NCBI GenBank assembly: GCA_001179505.1
Contig: CDMY01000217.1
Coordinates: 62,001-126,000, forward strand
Source of the DNA: Vitrella brassicaformis CCMP3155
Lineage: Eukaryota; Protista; Chromerida
DNA: 64,000 nucleotides
Reading direction: 5' to 3'
Every line of letters starts with the position of its first letter. Position 1 is the first letter of the stretch. Below, piece after piece: positions 35,050 through 46,920 of this stretch. The notes under the pieces were generated by a model. That model worked only from the letters and a program-made list of their open reading frames with translations. It did not search any database and was not told the DNA's origin. Made by a program: the position numbers and the translations under genes.

Positions 35050-35420
35050 CGTATGCAGACTGACTGACGATTCGGACGGCATAAAACACTCTCATCCCAT
35101 ATAAAATGTAGGCACCAATTGACAGACGCCTGCATCCGCAACATGACGCGTCAAAAGGAGACGGTATCCCTCACGTCACATTCACTTTATCCCCTCCCTC
35201 ACTTGTCAGCGACTCTTGCGCAGTTTCGAACAAAACGCCGGCCACCGTGACGATCATGAGCTTGTCGCCTTAGATGCGAATTCCCCACTATCTCCTGTGG
35301 GAAACCGAGCTGCACCATGCCGACGGCGAGCCCGTAACAGACGGTCATCACGCCGGCCACCGTCACAGTCATCATCTTGTCGCGTTTCTTGGCCTTCTCT
35401 TGCAAGTCCCTAGGGTCCAA
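35050..35420. repeat. Module E, copy 3, plus an extra partial copy at ~35350-35420
   Basis: Matches 25375-25625 with scattered substitutions. Confidence 0.85.
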
Positions 35421-36710
35421 CACATGACTCACCATGACTCACCCTCGTCGCGGCTGCGCGCACGGTCCCGCAGAAGAGCCTCCTCTGAGAGGCAGTTGAA
35501 TGGTCACTGCGCACCCATGAACATGTAGATCTGCACACAGAAAGACACGTCACATGCAGCGATGTAACGATTCCACGCAAAGCCCGAACGCGTTGGTCCC
35601 CCACCGGTATGAAGATGGTAGCGAGTACGATGGCTTGTACGATGGGGAAGCCAATGACCCAGCGGACCGCCACACCAACAAACGACGTATTCTTCATACC
35701 GCCTGCACCATTCATCCATGCGCACCGGTACCGCACACAGGAGGCCATCCTGAAGTCCATTACCATCCTCGAAGGCGATCTTCCTCTCCACCTCTGCAAG
35801 ACGTCTCTCCCTTGCTGTGAGACATACACAGAGAACGAGAGCCGCGCACATCGATTCACCCAGCCAATTGCACAAAGCATATGCATATGACGTACGTGGC
35901 CTTGGTGTGGGTACAGAAACGCTTTTGTAATCCCACAGAAGCTTTGCTCCTTCGTTGTCATAGAGTCATAGAGAAGGAGCTTCCGACGGAGGCGCCCTTC
36001 TCCTCGAGCGCCTCATGAGCGTGTCCTCCATCTGTGGGCACCAGAGGTGGTGACCCTTGGGGTCGAGGGTGGGGTGAGGGAGGCCGCCGGCGATCCAGCC
36101 GTCTCCGTGCCTCAGCCATTCGCCGATGTAGTGGGCAGAAGCGCTTCGAACTAACAAACGAGGGCAGATCACGGCTTCCACGGACGCTGGCTGGTACATA
36201 ACAATGCCATCACAAACTTAATTGAATGCGTTTGGATCCGTCATCAGCTTCCTCAAATATAAAATGTGGGCAGCGATTGACGTGCCTGTGAGACATCGAA
36301 GGAGACACGAACACAACAGATCGCTGATTTATGAGCGCTGTGCACTCGTTCCTGTACCATACACTTCGCCCGGACCAGTGGGCCACAAAAGTACTTCAAT
36401 ACACGGAGCCACCAGGGAAACGGCATACTGAGACCCACACAGAACCGGATGCATGTAGCTGCTGTGCTGTGTGCGTGTGTGTCAGGGCTGTCTTCCTCTG
36501 TCTCCCTCTGTGTGTGCGCGTGTGTGTGTGTGTGCGAGGGAGGGAGGGGGACGTACCTCTGCGGGCGCGGGATGATCTTGGCGACCTCCCATGGGACCAC
36601 CTCTCCCGCTGCGCCAGCCTAAACGAGGCACACATGACGATCTTGCGCAAGTCCTCGTCAGTGATGCCCTTCGCCGCTGTGCCTTGCGTGTCGACGAAAG
36701 GATACGCCAC
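35199..36710 (-). CDS. Hypothetical multi-exon membrane protein; model incomplete
   Basis: Hydrophobic exon FVGVAVRWVIGFPIVQAIVLATIFIPVGDQRVRALRGIVTSLHV; tail DLQEKAKKRDKMMTVTVAGVMTV; upstream exons VAYPFVDTQG... and PWWLRVLKYFCGPLV. Confidence 0.35.
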
Positions 36711-36989
36711 CTGAAGGCCCCACACACACATACACACATGAGTAATTTCCCGGAATGAGATGTGTGTCTGGCGTGACCTTGATTAGGCAGGCACTCTTGA
36801 CACAGTCCACTGGCAACCACAGACAGTGCACACCAAGGCGCATAGCCAGCAACTCGGGCAACCTGACCGATAAACCACGCACAAAGACAAGGTCTGTATT
36901 TTCGCGTCCCACTCGCCGAACACATCGACTGTATGCGACCTGCACAGAAACACGCACACACCATCCTCTGTTCCTTCTGCCATTTGTCT

Positions 36990-37690
36990 GATATCCTTCT
37001 CACGTCCGGCAATCGCTGTGAGCATCCGTGTCCCTCTGCACTCGGTGGTGGAGACATCAACCCACACTGCAAACGAATGACAGCAGAGAACAGAGATGAG
37101 AGTGAGTGCTGGGCTGGGCTGACCGGTGATGCCTAGCACATCCCAGACGGTGATCCACGCGACGAATGAGTGGCCGGCGTCGGTCAGGACGAGACGACGG
37201 TAAGTGAAGCCGGCAGTGGCGCGGTATGAGGTGGTGGTGGTGCATCCCTCCACTGGTGTGTGGGGGACTGCGTCAGCAGGTTGAGCAGCCGGTTGTTGTC
37301 GACATACCTGACACACACACACAACGTACACTCGTGTGCCGTGACAGTGTCCACACACAGAGTGATGCCCCGCCTCACCTGTTGATAGCGCTGCGGTCAG
37401 CAGCGACGTTGATCTGGTGAGTCTCTGTGAAGTGGTTGAGGACGATGCCCTTGACCCACGACGACACAGATGCGTAGTCTCAGGCCGCCAGCGACCGCCA
37501 GCCCTCGAGCGGATGACAGTAGATCCTGGTACGGACGGGCGGGTCGTGCGCTTGTCGATGCTGCTGGTAGAGGTGGTTGGGAGGGAGCGGCGGGTTGGTG
37601 TTGATCTCAAAGCCACCTTGGTCCTTGATGGCCCGCAGTGTGTTGCCGTGCTGGAATAGCTGGAAGGTCGTGTTGTCGCCGAAGTCGATG
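36990..37690 (-). pseudogene. 5'-truncated member of the lineage-specific family also present at 41175-42750
   Basis: IDFGDNTTFQLFQHGNTLRAIKDQGGFE...HDPPVRTRI and TPVEGCTTT...RRLVLTDAGHSFVAWIT match the 41-42 kb gene. The 5' half is replaced by module E at 37691. Confidence 0.7.
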
Positions 37691-37870
37691 TGCATCCACA
37701 ACATGACGCGTCAAAAAAGATGGTATCCCTCCCGTCACATTCACTTCCCCCTCTCTCACTTGTCAGCGACTCATGCGCAGTGACGAAGAAACGCCGGCCA
37801 CCGTCACAATCATCATCTTGTCGCCTTTCTTGGCCTTCTCTTTCAGGTCCTTGGGGTCTAACACCAGCAC
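37691..37870. repeat. Module E, copy 4
   Basis: Starts exactly at TGCATCCACAACATGACG. Confidence 0.85.
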
Positions 37871-38069
37871 GAAAAAGAAGTGGAACACCAGCCATGGAAC
37901 CAAGGTCAGCCACGCCAAGAAGGCGGCGCCATGTGCACGTGTCTTCGCCAGGCAGCTTCGGCGACCTGAAGCACACACCAGAGAGAGTTATGAAGATCAG
38001 CCGGAGACCTCATCATCGAAATCTGAGGACTCCGATGAAGCCGAAGAGGCAGCGTGTTGTACGTATTCC

Positions 38070-38870
38070 TCACTGCGCACCCATGAACATGTAGATCTGC
38101 ACACAGAAAGACACGTCACATGCAGCGATGTAACGATTCCACGCAAAGCCCGAACGCGTTGGTCCCCCACCGGTATGAAGATGGTAGCGAGTACGATGGC
38201 TTGTACGATGGGGAAGCCAATGACCCAGCGGACCGCCACACCAACAANNNNNNNNNNNNNNNNNNNNNNNNNNNNNNNNNNNNNNNNNNNNNNNNNNNNN
38301 NNNNNNNNNNNNNNNNNNNNNNNNNNNNNNNNNNNNNNNNNNNNNNNNNNNNNNNNNNNNNNNNNNNNNNNNNNNNNNNNNNNNNNNNNNNNNNNNNNNN
38401 NNNNNNNNNNNNNNNNNNNNNNNNNNNNNNNNNNNNNNNNNNNNNNNNNNNNNNNNNNNNNNNNNNNNNNNNNNNNNNNNNNNNNNNNNNNNNNNNNNNN
38501 NNNNNNNNNNNNNNNNNNNNNNNNNNNNNNNNNNNNNNNNNNNNNNNGGATCCGTCATCAGCTTCCTCAAATATAAAATGTGGGCAGCGATTGACGTGCC
38601 TGTGAGACATCGAAGGAGACACGAACACAACAGATCGCTGATTTATGAGCGCTGTGCACTCGTTCCTGTACCATACACTTCGCCCGGACCAGTGGGCCAC
38701 AAAAGTACTTCAATACACGGAGCCACCAGGGAAACGGCATACTGAGACCCACACAGAACCGGATGCATGTAGCTGCTGTGCTGTGTGCGTGTGTGTCAGG
38801 GCTGTCTTCCTCTGTCTCCCTCTGTGTGTGCCCGAGTGTTTGTGTGTGTGTGCGTGTGTGTGTGTGCGAG
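38070..38870. repeat. Near-identical duplicate of 35503-36540, spanning a gap
   Basis: 38070-38247 matches 35503-35680, and 38548-38830 matches 36235-36520. Confidence 0.9.
38248..38547. other. Assembly gap (300 N)
   Basis: N run inside the duplicate. Confidence 1.
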
Positions 38871-39477
38871 GGGGGGACGAGGTCGCCAAGACACACCACA
38901 AATATACTCAGCCGCCGCAATTCAGGGAGATTCCTGAGATCACCGGCAGCATTTCATGATGCGACCTGCACACACGCATAGACGACATGCGTCCTTGCAT
39001 CAATTATATTTCATCCGTGCGTGCGGTTCTCTCACGGCAGCCACGAGTGCGAACAGACAGGGGGACACCAAGCCATACTCCCGTGCAATGCATTCATCGA
39101 ACGTGGTCTGTCTACTTACCACGGGCGGATACCACCTTGCTCACCTTCTACAGCGGTAGGTGATGGAAACCTTGCTCACCCTCTACAGACACAGGCGTAC
39201 ACACCGATGGATGGATGGATGGATGGATGGACGGCCGGCTGATCCCCTTCCTCTCAGTCAGCCACTCACTCACTCACTCACTCACTCACCACACTGAGTT
39301 TGCGGCCAGGCGACCATCCCAGGGCCTTGACCACTTGCGACTGCTCCTGCACAGCACACAACAAGCGACACACACATCTCCCGCCTCCCTCACACATGCC
39401 TATGCGGATGGGTGCAGCGCACACTGACCTCTGCGGTCGGCTGCTCCTCCTCCTGGATGACCCCTAGGGCCTGCAAC

Positions 39478-40229
39478 TCAGCACCATTGACGAAAGGCCG
39501 TCATTGATATGGCAAAGCGGCGATCAAGAGCCTCCTTTCCCCCCCACATCGCTCGACCGCGCCGCTTGCCATATCGGCTGTTTGGGACAGCCGGCGCAGC
39601 ATCCGTCTCGGTCGTTTGCAGCTCGAAGCGGATATCGATGAAACGAGGGGGACGAGGCGTCGCCGTCATAGCCACAACGCTTTCGATGTTCTCGCCAGCA
39701 CGGAGCCCACTCGTGAAAACATCTCGAGTCAGCTCCCTTGAGGCATGTATTGAGTCGATATGACGCTCTGCTACAATGCCCTCGCTTTCGGGAATCTTCT
39801 CGGTCATAAGTGGGAAGTCGCGGCAGACATTTTGTCTGAGTGCCAAGCTGCTCTCGACGGCGTAGGTACGATGTGCCTCAGAGTCTCCATTCCGCCCCTA
39901 AGAATAATCTGAATGACGGGGAGAGGTATGAGCTGAACAAAAGCAATACTTCAGCGTACCGATGGCCGGCCCGCAGGAGACCGTACTTCACCACACGAAA
40001 GGCCGACGGTAAGCCATGCGAGTCCCTGATCCGGTAGATCCCGTTCGCGTCTTGCTGCAGGGACAGGCTCATCGTTCCGTGCAGCACGACGTCTGTCCCT
40101 GCAGATGGCTGAATGTCTTGAAAATGGCTTGTATTCACGCTCCTGCAGGCGATCGCCGAGCCTGTTCAGCAGGCCCTGCTCCTTCAGGACAGGCGAGACC
40201 TCCTCGTGGTAGCTCTTTGGAAAAAACAC
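39478..40229 (-). CDS. Possible hypothetical gene in a microsatellite-poor stretch
   Basis: Protein-like ORF segments (MFFPKSYHEEVSPVLKEQGLLNRL...; ...FIDIRFELQTT...). No domain recognised and no spliced model closed. Confidence 0.25.
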
Positions 40230-41174
40230 CCAAAATGCAAGGCCGAGAACGATTCAGGGCTTTCAGCGGCAGGGCTTCACGTCAATCTCGAAGCCGATGA
40301 AGTGCACCAATGCTGAAAGGGGTGTCGTCTCGACATCCTTCGCGTGAAGGGCTGATCTGGCGTCAGAATGTCGGTGAGGCTCTGCTCATCCCATGCATGC
40401 CGCGACGTGTAAGCCCAGCTTTGCACGGTCCGCCGGGATGCTGCTCAAATCATAAGAAAGCTCGTCTCTCCCAGCGCAAAAGGGACAGCGGCGGGGGCTG
40501 ATGCGTCCACCGCTTGGGGGTCGAAAACGACGAAGACAGCGAGAAAGCGCACGAGAAGAGGGCGTCTCGTTTGTGGGAGGAGCAGCAGGCCGTGGAGCCG
40601 TAGTGAAGAACAGGGAGCCAAACGTAAGCCAATGTAAGCCTCGAAAATATCGTGAATCAAGAAAAAGTATGGGGCGTCTAGTGTGGGCGTCTCGGCCGGC
40701 GAGAATCAATAATTCTCGACTTCAACCTGGCCAGTTTCGCAGATTTTTGGTGCGGGAGATGGACGGGCGCTACGGTGCCACGCCTCACGACCGCCGTTGA
40801 GCCAAGGCCTTATCGGCCGCAGCAGCATCTTTTTGCGCCGGGGTGATGGATCGGTGGGTGGCCATGTGGGTGGCTGTGTTTGTGGCGGTCGATAGAGACG
40901 CTGCTCGTGACGTCTTCAGTACTGTAGTACACGAAATGAACACCACCAACACAAAACGCAGTAATTGACGCACACAGAGACGAAGACACGCTCATCCCTC
41001 CCTCCCTCCCTCCCTCCTGATCCATCCATACATACATACGACAACTGACACATAGAGATGCCCCACACTGGATGGATGCACTGTGTACAGTCTGACAGGC
41101 ACCCGGGCAAATGCGGACAAAAAGCAATTTCGTTTGCACTGATGGTTCGCCTGCATATGCACGCACCTATCCGT

Positions 41175-42750
41175 CTATCTGTCGAACACCATGGCTGATA
41201 CGACCGGCCCCAACACCACACGCGCCAGCCGAGTCGTCACCGGGAAGCGGCGCTTGAACGCAACACCCACACCATCAGACACATCCGGCTCGGTCGTGTA
41301 CACATCAACACTCACTGCCGACAACCGACAACACCAAACACAGCAGATGGCACATGCAACTCATGCCGAGAGAGAGGTTTGTGCTGACCCGTGAAGGTGT
41401 TGTAGACGTCCTTGATAGTGATCCACGCGACGAAGGGATGGCTGCTGTCGGTCAGCACGAGACGGCGGCACGAAACCGTGCCGGCACAGCGTGACGCTGT
41501 CGTAGTGCATCCTTCAACTGGTGCGTGGGGGGACTGCCTGAGGAGGGTGTGCAGCCGATCGTTGCCCGCAAACCTGACGAATTACCGGACGCACAACAGA
41601 CGCATCACAGGAACATTTAAAGGCCCGCGTGTCATGATCGCATCCTACTAAGGACTCACCTGTCGATTACTTTGGTCGTCAAGCTGGTCTGGTGGGAGTC
41701 ACGGAAGTGGCAGATGACGATGCCCTTGGCGAACGACGACACAGACGAGTTCACGATCGAATAACGACCCCCCAGCCGCACCCAGCCTGTATCCTCTGAG
41801 TAGGTGATCCTGCTGCTGACTGGCGGGTTGTGGTCCTGTCCGTGTCGCTGGTACACGTCACCGACAAAGCCGTCGAACTCGAAGCCGTCCTGGTCTCTGA
41901 TGGCCCGCAGCCTCTCGCCGTCCTGGAACAACTGGAAGGTCACGCTGTTGCCGAAGTTGATGTGGCGGCCGACCATACATAGGTGAGACAGCATACGTGG
42001 CTCGGCCAAATACGCCTGCACACCCAAGACATGAACACAGGACCACACACACGATGAGAGCCATCCCGTTCCTCTCTTGTCTTTGCTTACCGTCTTGTGT
42101 GGGTATTGGTGCAGATCATCAGCAGTGAGGGTGACGGGAAGCTGGCAGCAACCGCACTGCCCCGCCAGCTCAATCACCTCGCAGATCTCTCCCCAGCCGC
42201 CCAACTCAATCACACACACTGCCGCCAGCAGCTCAGCCACACCCAACTGCTCATCGTCGAACGTCAGCAGCTGTATTGTTGGCCGTCCGTTGGCCGTTCG
42301 CCGCAGCCCCGCCTGTGTGCCGAGAGAGTGGCCGAGCCGCTGCCGCAGCTGAGGCGCTCCGAAGAGGTCGCTCAGCCATGTGCAAACTGCCCTCAGACGC
42401 AGGACGTCACCGACACTGAGCAGATAGAAGTTGCGCCGGCCGACGAAGATGTAAGTGAAGGGTTGCTGCTCCTGCTGCTGCTGAGAGTGCTGCATGCCTG
42501 GCAGCATCCCTTGCTCGCCAATTGGAGGGTCTGGAGGGCCGCAACGGGCTGGTCCGTTCTCCTGTACGGGCTTTGAGTCTGAGCCCCAAGAGATTCTGCA
42601 TGCTGGTGTATGCTGATGACAAAGCGAAGGGCCGAAAGCGATAGCTGATGCGTCTGGGACAGCTTCGAACCCGCCAAATCGCTCGGAAAGTCTGTGGGGG
42701 CGTGGGGGCTGACTCGGAGACGCCAATCGGCTCGCGGTTGGAGGGAGCAA
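41175..42750 (-). CDS. Member of a large Vitrella-type lineage-specific family of unknown function
   Basis: QQPFTYIFVG...LSVGDVLRLRA...ELLAAVCVIELGGWGE...CQLPVTLTADDL...HINFG..VTFQLF...PPVSSRITY...RRLVLTD...FVAWITI...VYTTEP...FKRRFPVTTRLARVVLG*. Family assignment is from recall and from the paralogue at 37 kb. Confidence 0.7.
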
Positions 42751-42923
42751 TCATGGTGGAAGGCGGCTGTGTGAAAGGAAGCGACGAGCCCAAGTCGGTG
42801 CTCCCGCCACATCCCTCTACCCTGCTCTTCCCGCCTCCCTTCAGCTGACACAGGTGCTGATCAGCACACCCACAGTGTCACCCCGCCAGCCGCACACAGG
42901 ACGGCACTGACAGATAGACCGTC

Positions 42924-45883
42924 ATGTGTGAGAACGGCTGGCTGGCCAAGTGGGTGCGGGATGACCCGCAGACGTGGAGCAACGTGCGAGTGCAGGTGGG
43001 TGAGTCAGGCAGAAGGACGGCAGAAGCGACACTCACACACACACAAACTCACACACACATGCATCGATTCATCTGGCCCATTCCCGTGTGTGTGCTGCAG
43101 GGGATGGGCGGCGAGAGAGGTCGCGGTCTGGTGTGCATCAAGCGGGTGAGCAAGGGGGCGACGGTGCTGGAGGACAGCACACCCATCGTCACACTCCAGC
43201 ACCACTACAGCAGGTACACTGACAGTATGCCACCACTGGACGGCGTAGGCATTCACACCGGTGATGCGGGTCACATATAAGTGTCGGCGTGTTGTGATGT
43301 CAGGCGCTGCTGCGTTGCTTGTGCGGTGTGTCGGCGTGTGGTCGATGACTTCGAAACCCAGACCGACCGAATCCTCAGCAAGTAGGTACCTCCACAGCAT
43401 AGGACGCCGTCCACACCACACCGCCCTGCCTCTTCTTTATCCGCAGTGTGGGTCAGCGGCTGCACGTCGACCACCCCGATGTGTGGCGTGCGGCCCACCA
43501 GGTGCCGCTGCTCATGCACAAGGGGGACATCCCCCTGACCTCACCGCCAATCCCTCCGCCGCCTGTGGCGGCCGCACACACACACTCATCCGCAATGTCA
43601 GTGTCGACCGCCTCGTCGTCGGCAGCGGCGGAGTGGACGTACTGCGAGAGGGGGTGTGGGGAGGTCTTCTGCAGCAAGAGATGCAAGAAGGTACGGACAC
43701 TGACACACACACATGGACGGAAGGCCCCCTGGCTCTCTGTGTGTGTGGACGAGTGGCTGGGATTGTGTGGTGCGTCAGATTGCGTGGGGTGTGTATGCCG
43801 ATGTGCCGCACCCCCACCGCATTCTGTGTGTCGACCTGCCGGCCGACAAACAGGACGCCTGGGAAGAGTTCAAGAGGTCTCACACATCCACACGCAATGA
43901 AGCAGCCAGCGACACACACGTGTATTCCCTCCCTCTCCCTCTCCCTCTCTCCGTGTGTGTGTGTGTGTGTGTGCAGCCACGCGTTGCGGACATACGAGTA
44001 CTTCCAGCTAGCGGCATCGGTGTACGCCGTCATCATGTTCAACGTGACCTACGGCCGGATGGCCCTCGAGGACGCCATGCAAGAGATGCTGCTCTTCGCT
44101 GGCAAATCATGGTACATCCATCCATCCATCCCCCACACACACACTGACACACACATCTCGTGTGTGTGTGTGTGTGTGTGGTAGGCCTGAATTGCTGGAC
44201 GTGCCCCTGTTGGCTGGGGGCGAGCATGTGACCGTCACGGAGGCCGATGAGTACAAGAGAAAGCGACAGGAGGCGTAAGAGAGCGACTGACCCGACAGCA
44301 GACGGAACACCCATACACACAGGCATGAGCGGACTTGTGAATGCAGGCTGGAAGAGTCGCTGCGTCTGCTCAAGGCCGCACTATACGACGTAAGCCACAC
44401 ACCACCCACACACACACGCAGTGGGAGGGGGAGAAAGAAGAAAGCAGCGAGAAGCCACTCATTTGTCTATGAGTGGTGCTCTCTGTGTGTGCGTGTCTGT
44501 CACAGCCTGGTAGTTGTTTCGGCCCGCTATTCACAGTGGATGTGTACTCCCGGGTGGTCGGCCAGCTGGACCTCACCTGCGCCGCCGTGCAGCTCACCAA
44601 TCCCCTCAGTGCGGCCGTCGACACCATCATGACCTCCCACCAACAGCAGCAGCACGAGACGGCCCTCTCCACACCCACACACAGAAACAGACACAGAGGC
44701 AGCAGCAGGAGGTCAGTGATGGGCATACCACATGGAAGGCACAAAGGCCCATCCCCCGTCTCTCTCTGTGTGTGTGTGTGTGTGTGTGTGTGGCTGGCAG
44801 TGTGTGGCCGTCATCGATGTCCTTCGCGTCGCTGCTGCTCCGCGGCACAGCTGAGAGTGAGCCCAAGACGCCCAAGACGCCCTCGTCCGCCTGGAGTGAC
44901 GGCAACTCGTCCACGTCGGCGTCATGGGAGTACCCCGAGGACACCTTCGCACGCACAGTCAAGCCGGTCGGTCAGCCATGTACCACAACAAACAAACAAA
45001 CAGATGGATGGATGGATGTGTGTGTGTGTGTCTTCAGCTGCTGGGCGTGCTGGCTCGTGTGGTGCGCGAGCGGCGGGATGAGTACAACGCCATGCAGGGC
45101 AGCCTCTTCCCGCCGGAAATGAACACCGATGGTGCGTGGGGATGGTCGAGTCTCTCTCCCTCCCTTAGGCCATATGTCTGTTGTGGGGGTGTGTCAGATG
45201 GCACTGAGGATCTCTCGTCTTTCCCGGACTTTGAGGGCGTCGCCGTCTTCAAATCGTTAGCCCACCACCCGTCCCCCCACACCACTGCCACCACACCCAC
45301 ACAGCTGCTCCCGCTCTGTCCGTCTGTCTGTCTGTCCGTCTGTCTGTCTGTCTGTCTGTCAGTGTGTCTTTTCTGAACCATTCCTGCGACCCCACAGTCG
45401 ATGTGGTCTTCGGCAGGGACACCTCGGTGCGTGTGGTGGCGAGGGGCGACATGCGCATGGGCAGCGAGTGCCTCATGAGCTACACGGGGTGCACTGAGGA
45501 CAACAGCGACCTCAGCCGGAGGCAGCACACACTGCTCTACGACTACAAGTTCCTCTGCACCTGCGCCACGTGCAGATCACAGGTGAGGTGCGGCAGCCCA
45601 CCACACGCACCACGCCAAATGCCGCCAGTGTGTGTCCATTCGTTCGTTCACGCAGGCAGCCGACATTATGTGCCGCCGTCGCGCGGCTGCAGGGGGCAAC
45701 ACCAGCGGCCCATCGTCATCGGCAGCGTCGTCACTGCCAGTGCTGCTGCCAGCGACGCCTGTGGTGCCGCCCACCGCTGCACAGGTGGAGGCGGCCCAGC
45801 GGGTCGTCGCTGAGGTGCAGCACCAACAACGCGCCAACAGCAGCAAGACCAACAAGGCAAAGAAGAAAAAACGCAAGACATAG
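42924..45883 (+). CDS. SMYD-type SET-domain lysine methyltransferase
   Basis: GRGLVCIKRVSKGATVLED (SET-N); CERGCGEVFCSKRC (MYND-like); FLNHSCDP at 45370-45393; ECLMSY; post-SET YKFLCTCATC. Confidence 0.85.
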
Positions 45884-46920
45884 ACACAAGGAGAGAGAGA
45901 GAGAGAGGGAGGGAGGGAGAGGGGTGCGTCTGTGCAGGAGGGTATCTGTAAGCGTAATGGGGCGAGGTCGGTCGCTGCTTAGTGGAGGGTAGTAGGGACG
46001 GGCCGGCAGGGAGAGAGAGAGGGAAGGGGGGAGGGAGGGAGGGAACGGGGATGTTTGGATCTAGGTCACCTTTTGCTGCTCGACTCGATCGGCTTTTGCT
46101 GTTTTGCCACCTTTCGCCTTTACCAAGGCCGCCATCCACCCCGTGCATTCTGGCTGCATGCCACGCGGCCGATTTTCCGACGAGAGAGTATGGCCGCGGT
46201 CAGTTTTCCTAACAGCCTTGCCGTTTTGTCGTATTGGTGCGTGTCGATACATAATTCGCACGTGGCATTCACGCATTTCCATGTGTGTGTGCGCGTGTGT
46301 GTGTGTGTGTGTGGTTGCCCCCTCCCTCCATCCCTCCCTCCATTGTGGATGCACGCAGAGATGGTGGCGCGATTTTCCTCTCCTCTCACGCCCCACCATC
46401 CATCCGTCCATCCGTCCCCTCCGCTTGGTTGCATGCTTACGGTTGTCTATCTAAGTGTCTGTTCTGTGGCTGACTGCTCTGCTCTGCCTCTGTCCACTTT
46501 GTCTCTCTCTCTGTTGTGGTTAGCAACTACTTGCTGTGTGCGAGTGGCGTGGCGTACACACACGCATGCCTGAATTCGTTGAGCTTTGCGCCGATCCTTC
46601 TCTCCCTCCTCTCTCTGTGTGCTCTGCAGTGATGAGCCAATGGGTTGCCCACTTATTTGTTGGTTGCATCATTTCTGTGTGTGAGAGTGTGTGCAGTGTA
46701 TGCGGGTGGACTCAGACGCACCAGCGAGATCACATGCAGTCAATATCTATCATGAATAATGCTATTCTGTCTGACTCGTCAGTCACTGGGGTTGATCAAT
46801 CAATCAAAGCCCCGCAACACGCAGTCGAGAGGCCACAGAAGCTCAGCTGCTCTGCTTGGGAATCTATCCATTTTGTTTGTCCGACACTATCAGCCAAGGA
46901 AGACTGTCTGTCTGCGCGCG

